From IMG/VR virus record IMGVR_UViG_3300034410_000480, positions 1 through 64,000 of that record: 64,000 nt of DNA; one strand, given 5' to 3'. The stretch is from a virus (lineage: Duplodnaviria; Caudoviricetes). Positions 26,984-35,554 of this stretch are shown here, piece by piece. The notes under the pieces were generated by a model. The model ran no database searches, was not told the origin of the DNA, and saw only the letters and a program-made list of their open reading frames with translations. Position numbers and translations under genes: made by a program. Each line of letters opens with the position of its first letter. Positions within the stretch are counted from its first letter, which is position 1.

Positions 26984-27601
26984 TTAACCGCCTTCTGGTA
27001 TATCTGGCATCAGTACTTCCCATGGTTCGTGCCCTGCCCAAACAGTAGTGATATCTCTTAATGCTTGTCTATATGTTACCCACGGTGCTTTTACACTTTC
27101 TGGTATATCATCTCTAACTCTAGGATCACTCCAAATTAATAGAGAGTTACGTATATCTCTTATTCCGTCCCACGTAATTAAATTTCTATCCCATGTGTAA
27201 GACCAAGTACTAGTTGCTGTATCATATACAATACCTTCACAGCGATATGCTTCGTGCGGCGGTAAAGGATCAAAATCTATATGTGTTTTACCATCTGGAA
27301 GTGCCCATGATCTCGTAGGAGCCTCTCCATCAAAGTCTGTTGCAACAAAAGTTGCTACTAATGGATCACGAGTCGGATCAACTTCTACTTTAATTTCTGT
27401 TGGTACAGGATTAAATGTTTCTCCGTCTGTTTCTACAGTTAATGCATCTCTCGGTTCAAGTTGTCCAGTTTCGGCATCTATAAACACCCATATTCTATCT
27501 GGTCCTGTATATGACCACGATGCTAGAGTGTAATTTTCTAAGTTAGGTTCACCACGTTTGTTTGGTGCTTTATAACTAAAATCTACATTTATTGTCGTCA
27601 T
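26984..27601 (-). CDS. Tail fibre assembly chaperone-like protein (paralogue 2)
   Basis: C-terminal WDGIRDIRNSLL..SD.....D.P...K..W..YRQALRDIT is the tail-assembly-chaperone pattern; YTGPD..W.F.D..TG shared with 29126..29776. Confidence 0.75.
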   Translation of the reverse strand: MTTINVDFSYKAPNKRGEPNLENYTLASWSYTGPDRIWVFIDAETGQLEPRDALTVETDGETFNPVPTEIKVEVDPTRDPLVATFVATDFDGEAPTRSWALPDGKTHIDFDPLPPHEAYRCEGIVYDTATSTWSYTWDRNLITWDGIRDIRNSLLIWSDPRVRDDIPESVKAPWVTYRQALRDITTVWAGHEPWEVLMPDIPEGG

Positions 27602-27609
27602 TACTAATC

Positions 27610-28353
27610 CTATCTAAATATTAAGTATACTTGGCCGCCGGCGCCCGGTGTTCCACATTGGCTAGTACAACCGCCTTGTGTATGCGATGTCATGCCACCT
27701 CCGCCTGGAAATGTTCCGAAGTAACATCCTGCGCCATATCTATTCATACAGCAACCATTTTCAAACATACGTGTATGTCCTGTCATTGCAGGTCCTGGAT
27801 TAACTTCATAAGTGTGGTTGTAACACCAGTTGTTGTTAAACACATATGATAAATTTCTTGGATGGATTGTTCCTGTAACACCACTACCTTGAACAGCTCC
27901 ACCGTTTTCTTGACAAACACGCTGACATGTGTAGCAATAGAATCCATTACATTGCCAATAACCGTGACAGCCGCCACATGCTACAATACACCATGTACTT
28001 GGCTTACAAATATAAGAATTGCTACCGTTTTGGCAACTACTGTAACTTCTACAACAAGTTGAACCAGCTGCACATACTGTTATATTATCGCCTGGCTGAA
28101 CCGGTGCATTGAATTCTACGTATCCTCCCGGGCTGCCTCCGCATCCATATGTACAACAATATCCACCTGCACCTGCGCCACCGCCTGCCCAAACTTCGCC
28201 GCTGACGCTAGACATATTAGGTCCTACAGTATATAAACAACATTTACCTCCGTTGTTACCTGTAGTAATATTAGTGTTAAATACCACTAACTCTTGCGGA
28301 ACATTACTCCCTCCTGCTTCGTATCCATATAAATAATCTCTTAAATTAGCCAT
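27610..28353 (-). CDS. Cys/Gly-rich fibre-tip-like protein (paralogue 3)
   Basis: About 23 Cys in 247 aa (manual count); NNGGKCCLYTV...EVWAGGG...VCAAGSTCC...FPGGGG...CGTPGAGG.V. Confidence 0.75.
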   Translation of the reverse strand: MANLRDYLYGYEAGGSNVPQELVVFNTNITTGNNGGKCCLYTVGPNMSSVSGEVWAGGGAGAGGYCCTYGCGGSPGGYVEFNAPVQPGDNITVCAAGSTCCRSYSSCQNGSNSYICKPSTWCIVACGGCHGYWQCNGFYCYTCQRVCQENGGAVQGSGVTGTIHPRNLSYVFNNNWCYNHTYEVNPGPAMTGHTRMFENGCCMNRYGAGCYFGTFPGGGGMTSHTQGGCTSQCGTPGAGGQVYLIFR

Positions 28354-28362
28354 TTTCTATCC

Positions 28363-29112
28363 TTATTCCGATGCAACATAAAGTAATTGTACCATGCCAG
28401 ATCCGCCCGGAGCACCACAAACAGTACCACCTGCACTATTACCGCTCATACCACCGTGTCCTGGATATGGTACACAGTTTCCCATAAATGCCAATCCATG
28501 ACATGTTGCACAACCTGTCATACTCCATATTCCTGTCGTATGTGCATATGGCGCTCCTGGAGCAAACTGTTTAAAGTTACACTTACCACCGTATGTCCAT
28601 TTTCCGTGTCCTTGTACAGGACGAATACATAATGTGGCACCTAGTACACACCCTGTCTGACAATTATTTAATGAATTACCGCAACTACAGTTACCGTAAC
28701 TGAGTGTACATCCGCCTGAGCCTCCACTTACGCACACACAATCTGTAGAGGCTTGACATATATATGATCCAAAACCGGTGCATCCGCAACAACTTGATCT
28801 ACAGCACGTAGTTCCGCCTGCACAAATTGTCCACTGAGTTCCTGGAGAAGTTTCAATTATTTTTCTTGCATAAGCGCCTGGACCGCCGCTGCGTCCGGCG
28901 TGACAGTTAGGTGCACCAGCGCCAGCGCCGCCGCCTCCCCACAATTCTACACCTATCCATGTAACGTTTGCAGGCACAGTAAATAAACAACATCTACCTC
29001 CGTTGTTAACATTAGACGGTGATGATGCTAATATCCTTACAACGGACATTGTGCCGTTTGTTGGTACTCCTCCGTCGGTTCCGTAATCTAATAAACTTCT
29101 TAAGCCTGCCAT
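28363..29112 (-). CDS. Cys/Gly-rich fibre-tip-like protein (paralogue 2)
   Basis: About 23 Cys in 249 aa; NNGGRCCLFTVP...ELWGGGG...ICAGGTTCC...YPGHGG...CGAPGGSG.V. Confidence 0.75.
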   Translation of the reverse strand: MAGLRSLLDYGTDGGVPTNGTMSVVRILASSPSNVNNGGRCCLFTVPANVTWIGVELWGGGGAGAGAPNCHAGRSGGPGAYARKIIETSPGTQWTICAGGTTCCRSSCCGCTGFGSYICQASTDCVCVSGGSGGCTLSYGNCSCGNSLNNCQTGCVLGATLCIRPVQGHGKWTYGGKCNFKQFAPGAPYAHTTGIWSMTGCATCHGLAFMGNCVPYPGHGGMSGNSAGGTVCGAPGGSGMVQLLYVASE

Positions 29113-29125
29113 TTTATATCCTTAA

Positions 29126-29776
29126 TTATGCTGAATCTTCAGGTGATTCAGGAAAAATTACTTTATGAGCATCTTGGCCTATCCAGTTTGCCGGTAATGC
29201 TCTAAGTGCAGCCCTGTATGCTACCCAAGTTGCTTTTAAATCGTCTGGCATATCTGCCGGAACCTTGTAATCTGAACTTTCTAAAGCAGTATCTCTTGCT
29301 GATCTTACATCATCCCAAGTTACTTCTGCTTCTATAAAGCTATGTGTCCACGCACCATCTGCATAACGTATTGTTGTTCTATCTACAATTTCGTCTGGCG
29401 ATTGTGGCCAATCAAAGCTATAATCTGCTGTACTATCGTCAGCTAATGTAATAGTTTCAGTTACTGTTGATCTTGCAGTAGATTGCGAATACCCGCTAGG
29501 GTCAATAATAGAAGCAATAAACGGATCATCTGCTGAATTAACTACTACCTTTAATGCACCTGCCGGAGTGCCTATATCAGCTCCATCATTTTCGTCTGTT
29601 AAAGTTGGCCACATACCTTGTGACATAATCCCTGTAGTTTCATCTACAAAAATATACCATTTATCTGGGCCTGTATATTCTGCATTTACTGTTACGTTAT
29701 TACTTGTCGATGTGCTAAATTGCTCATCTGGAGCGGTAAAAGTAAATGCTTGTGTTATAATATTATTGTTTGGCAT
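29126..29776 (-). CDS. Tail fibre assembly chaperone-like protein (paralogue 1)
   Basis: C-terminal WDDVRSARDTALESSD....D.P......W..YRAALRALP.......FPESP. Confidence 0.75.
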   Translation of the reverse strand: MPNNNIITQAFTFTAPDEQFSTSTSNNVTVNAEYTGPDKWYIFVDETTGIMSQGMWPTLTDENDGADIGTPAGALKVVVNSADDPFIASIIDPSGYSQSTARSTVTETITLADDSTADYSFDWPQSPDEIVDRTTIRYADGAWTHSFIEAEVTWDDVRSARDTALESSDYKVPADMPDDLKATWVAYRAALRALPANWIGQDAHKVIFPESPEDSA

Positions 29777-29788
29777 CTTTTCTTTCCT

Positions 29789-30520
29789 TTATGCATATGA
29801 CACTCTAATTATTCCGCCCATACCCGGAGTACCACATTTACAAACTCCTGAACATGTTATAGCGTTTGATCCTGGACCTGCTGGAAAGTGTCCGTATCCC
29901 CAGCAACAAGCATTACAATATGTTGTATTCATACATAGTGACCTTGTAGCATTAAAAGTACCTAATTGATAAGCACCTCCCATGACCCATTTATTAGTAT
30001 TCATACATCCACCTTCTTTATGTGTTGTATTTCTGATTGCTGGCATACACCATTCACCTGCTGTTGTTTTACAAACAACACATCCTGCACAACAGGTAGT
30101 GCCGTCTAATGTAAAACACGATGTTCTACCCGGTTCACCTGATGGCGCACATGTTGTTGCTATTCCTGATCCACTAACATACGATGTTGCTCCTGTAGTG
30201 CCGCCACAACTTGAACTACAGCATCCGCTTCCTGCTGCGCATAGTGTATATGTACAACCGGCTACAGTTGAAATTGTACGCATTGCATACATGCCTCCTG
30301 AGCCAGTGAATACTGTTGCTTGACAGCATCTAGCAGCAGGACCGCTGGGACCTGATCCCCATAATTCAAATGTAACTTGGGTTACACCATCTGGCACAGT
30401 CCATAAGCAACACCGACCACCATTATTCTGGCTCCTGCTATCATTCGATATAGTAAACGAAGTTATTCCCGGGTTAGAGGTTGGTGCTAGGTCTACTTTT
30501 AAACTACTTAAACTTGCCAT
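29789..30520 (-). CDS. Cys/Gly-rich fibre-tip-like protein (paralogue 1)
   Basis: About 24 Cys in 243 aa; NNGGRCCLWTVPDGVT.VTFELWGSG...LCAAGSGCC...FPAGPG...CGTPGMGG.I. Confidence 0.75.
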   Translation of the reverse strand: MASLSSLKVDLAPTSNPGITSFTISNDSRSQNNGGRCCLWTVPDGVTQVTFELWGSGPSGPAARCCQATVFTGSGGMYAMRTISTVAGCTYTLCAAGSGCCSSSCGGTTGATSYVSGSGIATTCAPSGEPGRTSCFTLDGTTCCAGCVVCKTTAGEWCMPAIRNTTHKEGGCMNTNKWVMGGAYQLGTFNATRSLCMNTTYCNACCWGYGHFPAGPGSNAITCSGVCKCGTPGMGGIIRVSYA

Positions 30521-30535
30521 TATGCTTCCTTATTA

Positions 30536-30868
30536 TTATGATCCTGCTAAGACCCAGCCATATGTTGCTCCGCTATAAACTAGGGTAGCTGCACTGTTGC
30601 CAATGTCTAACGCTAAGTCTTCTGCTAAGCCATGTATGTTATGTCCATTTCTTGCTACAGTACAATTATTCGTACCAAAATCTCCTGCAACATCAATAAA
30701 CTGAATTGTATCGTTTACTAATGTTGTTGCCTGACTAGGTAGTGTAACTGTAACAGTAGCTGAACTTGTATCAACCAACAAACGTTCGTTTGCTACTGCT
30801 GCTGTGTTTCCAGTTACAGTACGTACTGTAGTGCTTGCTGAACCTGTTGTTGTAATGTATCTTGCCAT
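30536..30868 (-). CDS. Small fibre adaptor domain protein
   Basis: LVDTS...VTVTLP.......I.F.D..G.F.TNNCTV..NG.NI.G.AEDL.LD.......LVY....GW; the same domain ends 52557..53516. Confidence 0.7.
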   Translation of the reverse strand: MARYITTTGSASTTVRTVTGNTAAVANERLLVDTSSATVTVTLPSQATTLVNDTIQFIDVAGDFGTNNCTVARNGHNIHGLAEDLALDIGNSAATLVYSGATYGWVLAGS

Positions 30869-30888
30869 TTTAATTCCTTACTACAATG

Positions 30889-30896
30889 TATTTATC
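30889..30896 (-). promoter_or_regulatory. Late promoter-like GATAAATA heading the adaptor / Cys-rich / chaperone unit
   Basis: Overlaps the TGA of 30895..31221; SD AAGGA lies downstream. Confidence 0.75.
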
Positions 30897-31221
30897 AAGA
30901 CGAAGGTAATGGTGTTTCTACACCAAATCCTACTGCACTTACGTTAGCTGAGTTTGCACGTACAACTAACTTTTGGGTTGCACCAAGTGCAATACCCGTT
31001 CTCTCCAAAACTCCTTTTGGAGGTATTTCTGTTTCATACTCTATGTATTCTGCTAAAGCTGGTACGTCTAAGTCAGCTACAGCTAATCTTACTGTGATTG
31101 TTTGGTTACCTCTGTTACAGAATGACACACTAGCAATAGTGAATGTATCTGCAGGCACAGTATATAATGTTGTGTCTGTTGCGCTTGTTAGATCGTTTGC
31201 GCCTAATCTTCCCGATGCCAT
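30895..31221 (-). CDS. Small beta-sandwich tail protein, paralogue of 54022..54351
   Basis: TTLYTVP....I..VS.CN......V.......Y..Y...IPP.G.L.....L.....L.V pattern shared with 54022..54351. Confidence 0.65.
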   Translation of the reverse strand: MASGRLGANDLTSATDTTLYTVPADTFTIASVSFCNRGNQTITVRLAVADLDVPALAEYIEYETEIPPKGVLERTGIALGATQKLVVRANSANVSAVGFGVETPLPSS

Positions 31222-31236
31222 TTTTCTTTCCTTTAT

Positions 31237-34200
31237 CTATGCGTTTAAAAAGTACTGTAACGCTAATGGTGTTCCAGATACCCCTTGGGTGAAGTTTGTT
31301 GTTGCTCCTACAATAATTGTAGAATTATCAGTTGTGGAAATTGTATTTCCTGTAATTTGTATATTACCGGCAACTAATGTGTTAACGTTTAGTGTAGCAC
31401 CACCACCACCAATTTGTGCGTTAATATACGTTCTTATAGCCCTTTGGGTAGGAACAATATTATCACTATCTGCTGCAAATGTTCCATCTGTACTAAATTC
31501 TCTAATTGTAGCACTTGTACCACCTAAGCTAACACTACCGAGTTGTAGTTCTTGTAGACCACTAACACTAAAGTTATCAGCATCTAGTGTAGCAGTACCT
31601 GTTGCTTGTTCAACTGTAAACAAGTCGCCAACTCTAAAGTTACCATCTTGGTCAGTAGAAGTATAAAATACTCGTCCACCGCCTGATTCCCTTGTTTCAG
31701 CATCTGCGTCGGGCGCATTTGCAGGAATTCCAGGATAGTTAGTATCAGTAAAATTACCAGTACCTATATCTAAGAAATCATGTCCTGTTAAACGTACTTG
31801 AGAATATCTTATTCGTAGTGTTACTTGTGCGCCATGTGCTGGTTCTGAGTCTACTGCAATTTCTGGACTTACTTGTAATCTAGCAGCATAAGGCCCAGAT
31901 CCTGTAAGTTCAAATACTTCAACTAGTTTATATATAGTCGAGTCGCCTGCAATTTGTACGTTTGAGCCAGGTAAAGGTTCATTTATAGATGCTTCTACAT
32001 ATAAATATTTTCCGCTTTGTTTGACATCAGCATACCCGTCACCGTCAATGCTTGTTGAACATGTTTCGTATCCTGTACCTCTATCACTAAAGGTAGGCGG
32101 TCCTAATACCCCGTCACCTATTCTTACTTCTAATGGTGCATCAATTGTATTAATAGGATCTGTTATAGTTACTGTTGGCGGGTTAAGAGTATCATATCCG
32201 CTGCCTGGATCAAATAATGTTATTTGGAATATTTTTCCGCTTGCAACTTTAACTCTTGCTCGTGCAGTTGTTCCTGATACAGGATCACCGATTGATATTC
32301 TAGGTTCAACTCTATATTGAGATGTTTGATCTAATGCAACTTCAAGCGCAGTACCTGGAACTAAATGATCCCATCCCGAAGTGTCGTCGCTCATTTTTTT
32401 AATTGTTGCTAGTTTTGTACCTGCATTATATGTATCAATATACCCGTACTGTCCAACACCCACACCGTCTTCAATATATACTGCCATGCCAATATAATCA
32501 GCACTATTTGCTGTATCAGTTGCTGACAATGTAATAGATGTAGTTGTGCCTGTTTGTGCATTATTTAAAGATGTTTGGTAATCAGCACCACCATAATTTC
32601 CTGCACTATTTAACAACCGTATTTCAAACACGCCGCCATCATTTGTATCTATTGCGCCTACTGCTGCGTCGATGCCTTCACCGATAAATGTATAAGTTGC
32701 GGTTGTATATGATACACCACAGTTTGCATATTCTAGTGCTAGGATTCTGTCACCGTCGGTAATAGTATTTGCAACGTTTGCTTCTGTATAGTAGTTATTG
32801 ACTGTACTTGTATTAGGCACTTCTGTTGAGTCAATGCCTTCTGCCACTGAACCGTATGCACCATATGAGTTGTTACCGTTAGTAGCACGAATCTTACCAC
32901 CGTTTTCTGCAAGGTAACCAATATGATTGTAGTATGTAAACACACTAACAAGCTCTGATCTACCTAAGTTTGTAACCCAATATCCAATTCCATCGCTTAA
33001 GATTTGTGTAAAGTCGTTAGCAACAATACTGTCGTTTCCGCCGTCATGTAATGCACCGTCAACTTTTAACCCTATACAGCCTGAACCAAAGGTTGACACA
33101 TTCTGTATGTATGGCGATTTACTATGAATCCAAACTATTCTATCTGATTCATCTTCTCCTGGATCTAAACTTACGTAGGCGCCTGCGCTAGGACGACTTG
33201 TACCATACGCATTTGCTCCGCTAAGTGATCCTGTTAAGCCTGCAAGTGTACAGTTTCTTATTCCGCAACCGTTTCTAACATAAAACATATTTTCTGTTTC
33301 ATAACCTGTATCAGGCTTAATTTTTGTTGAACGTAACTCGTCGCCTACTAATGCTGTATGTGCAGGAATAGAAATTGGTAATTGCTCTAAGTACTCACCT
33401 GTTTTAACAAATACAGTTGTATTAACAACTTGTTCTGCAGGTAAAGCATTTGTATTGCCAGCTGTAATAGATGCAGTAACTAACCCTACTAAAGTATCAT
33501 ATGTAGTTTCTGCATCAGCTTCTTCTGTTTTAGTGCCGTCAATAGTTTGTGTTACAGGTGTTGCAACACTGTTTTCAGTTTGATAGTTTGTAGCTGGAGC
33601 AACATTACTTAACACAGCATCAACAACTTCCAAACTATAATTGATAGATGCAACAGTTTCTGTTTCTTGTCCAAGAATATAGCTTGCACCTGCTTCGGTA
33701 AAATATGATTGTGCTGTTTTTCTTGTTTCAACATTTCCGCCGTGTGATATATCATATCCTACTGCTTTTACAATTTTTTTCATATCTCGCAAGCACAAAG
33801 CCTTATCATATGTAAATGCATTTGTAAATGGTGCAATACTATTTGCAATCTGATAATCAGTCCATTCTACAACTTCTGCTGCAATGAAATCTACATTTGC
33901 ATCTAATAATGCCTTTGCGTTGTGTCTTCTAGTTGAGGTTAAAATGTAATTCATACAATATGCTACACTAGCATATGGTCTATCTAAGGTTGTTCCAAAT
34001 CCGTCTGCATCTGTTCCGTTTGGTGCTACGTAAAATACGTTTTCAACAAATCCAAAATCAATCCATTCAGGCGCGGTTGCACTTGCATTAACTGCTAATA
34101 CCTGTCCTGGATTTCCTATAGGTAATCTAGCCGGTCCTGACCCTGCATAATATAATATATCACCGTCAGTTGTAAGTGTGTTTTCTTCTGCAGTTGAACT

Positions 34201-35499
34201 TACAATATTCCAATATGTACCAAGTGTATCTAAATCTGGTTTGTTTGACGCAATGTCTGCTATGTGTGCCAAGATACAAACATATGCATTTCCACTAAAA
34301 TTAACAACGTCTCCTGCAACATATGACGTTGCATCAGCCCACGCACTAGTCCAATAGAAGCCTTCGTTTAGTTTATCCCAGTAGCTTGCATTAGGTGGAG
34401 TATTGCCAACATTGTCAGCATTACAAAGATATGTGTAACCGTTTAATCTTACAACATCACCTACTTTATAATTTGTAGCAATGTCCCAATCGCCTTCTAA
34501 ATTAAATCCAGTTATAAATAAATCCCAGGCTGCAGGTGTTGTTGATGGCACACTATTGCTGTGATCTGTTTTTGCGATATATGTATATCCACCATATGTT
34601 ACAATGTCACCTGGTTGATAAATTGTGCTATTGCTCCATGAATCTTCAAATTCTATGCCGGGTAAATATACATCCCAATTAGATGAGTCAGCAGCAAATG
34701 TTCCAGTGGATGTGTGTTCTGCTGTGGAAATATATAAGCTAGGTCCGTTTTTTACAACATCGTTTACCGTATAACGTGTAGTAGGTGCCCACGCTGCTCT
34801 GTAATTAATGCCATCGTACATTAAATTCCAGTTAATAATATCATCTTCTAAACCTGCTGCAACAGTAGCTTGTGATGTGTGTCCTGTAGAGCACATGTAA
34901 ATTCTTCCGTAATAATTTACTACATCGTACTCTTTGTAACGTGTGCTTGTTGTCCAAACACCTTTCCAATCCATGCCTCTTGAAAAGACTGACCATTTTA
35001 AATCGTCGACTTCTAACCCGTCTACAATATTTGCAGCACTTGTATGCGCTTCTGTACAAATATATGTAGCTGTGCCATATGCTATGATATCATTGACTTT
35101 ATATTTTGTGTTTGTGTTCCAGCTGCCTGCATAATTTAAGCCTTCAGCAAACAAATCCCAGTTCGAAAGATTACCTTCAAGACCTATTAATACATCAGCA
35201 TTAGACGTGTGTCCTGTATTACATATATACAAGAAACCGCCGTTTTTAACAATGTCATTTACTTTATAATATGTTGCAACATTCCAATCGCCGCGCCATG
35301 CTAAACCGTCGCCGAACTGTTCCCATTTTGGTTGGACATCATTAAGATCTGTTTCAAGATCACTACTTGCTGTATGTGCAAGGATGGCAATAAATGTTTT
35401 ACCACCATACGATACAATATCGTCACGTACATATTCAGTACCTGCGGTCCAGGTACCCTTCCAGATAAATCTGATTCTACCGAGTTTAAATTCAGCCAT
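31237..35499 (-). CDS. Large tail fibre/spike: Trp-rich carbohydrate-binding-like repeats plus beta-helix-like domain; start revised to ATG 35499
   Basis: Eight W....Y..(N/G)D.V...G..Y.C...HTS repeats; YVAPNG.D...G, VKTG.Y.E, GDELRS, SPYIQN.S.FG, NDFTQ, GGGRVFYTSTDQDGNFRVG. Confidence 0.8.
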   Translation of the reverse strand: MAEFKLGRIRFIWKGTWTAGTEYVRDDIVSYGGKTFIAILAHTASSDLETDLNDVQPKWEQFGDGLAWRGDWNVATYYKVNDIVKNGGFLYICNTGHTSNADVLIGLEGNLSNWDLFAEGLNYAGSWNTNTKYKVNDIIAYGTATYICTEAHTSAANIVDGLEVDDLKWSVFSRGMDWKGVWTTSTRYKEYDVVNYYGRIYMCSTGHTSQATVAAGLEDDIINWNLMYDGINYRAAWAPTTRYTVNDVVKNGPSLYISTAEHTSTGTFAADSSNWDVYLPGIEFEDSWSNSTIYQPGDIVTYGGYTYIAKTDHSNSVPSTTPAAWDLFITGFNLEGDWDIATNYKVGDVVRLNGYTYLCNADNVGNTPPNASYWDKLNEGFYWTSAWADATSYVAGDVVNFSGNAYVCILAHIADIASNKPDLDTLGTYWNIVSSTAEENTLTTDGDILYYAGSGPARLPIGNPGQVLAVNASATAPEWIDFGFVENVFYVAPNGTDADGFGTTLDRPYASVAYCMNYILTSTRRHNAKALLDANVDFIAAEVVEWTDYQIANSIAPFTNAFTYDKALCLRDMKKIVKAVGYDISHGGNVETRKTAQSYFTEAGASYILGQETETVASINYSLEVVDAVLSNVAPATNYQTENSVATPVTQTIDGTKTEEADAETTYDTLVGLVTASITAGNTNALPAEQVVNTTVFVKTGEYLEQLPISIPAHTALVGDELRSTKIKPDTGYETENMFYVRNGCGIRNCTLAGLTGSLSGANAYGTSRPSAGAYVSLDPGEDESDRIVWIHSKSPYIQNVSTFGSGCIGLKVDGALHDGGNDSIVANDFTQILSDGIGYWVTNLGRSELVSVFTYYNHIGYLAENGGKIRATNGNNSYGAYGSVAEGIDSTEVPNTSTVNNYYTEANVANTITDGDRILALEYANCGVSYTTATYTFIGEGIDAAVGAIDTNDGGVFEIRLLNSAGNYGGADYQTSLNNAQTGTTTSITLSATDTANSADYIGMAVYIEDGVGVGQYGYIDTYNAGTKLATIKKMSDDTSGWDHLVPGTALEVALDQTSQYRVEPRISIGDPVSGTTARARVKVASGKIFQITLFDPGSGYDTLNPPTVTITDPINTIDAPLEVRIGDGVLGPPTFSDRGTGYETCSTSIDGDGYADVKQSGKYLYVEASINEPLPGSNVQIAGDSTIYKLVEVFELTGSGPYAARLQVSPEIAVDSEPAHGAQVTLRIRYSQVRLTGHDFLDIGTGNFTDTNYPGIPANAPDADAETRESGGGRVFYTSTDQDGNFRVGDLFTVEQATGTATLDADNFSVSGLQELQLGSVSLGGTSATIREFSTDGTFAADSDNIVPTQRAIRTYINAQIGGGGATLNVNTLVAGNIQITGNTISTTDNSTIIVGATTNFTQGVSGTPLALQYFLNA

Positions 35500-35501
35500 T
35501 C

Positions 35502-35517
35502 GGTTCACTCTCCCCTA
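35502..35517 (-). repeat. 16-nt leader element, copy 1 (TAGGGGAGAGTGAACC)
   Basis: Identical to 60760..60775; both copies are followed by NN-ATGGC. Confidence 0.9.
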
Positions 35518-35535
35518 TAGGCAATTGCTTAATAT

Positions 35536-35543
35536 TATTTATC
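35536..35543 (-). promoter_or_regulatory. Late promoter-like GATAAATA
   Basis: Intergenic, upstream of the 16-nt leader element. Confidence 0.75.
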
Positions 35544-35554
35544 CTTATCCAAAT

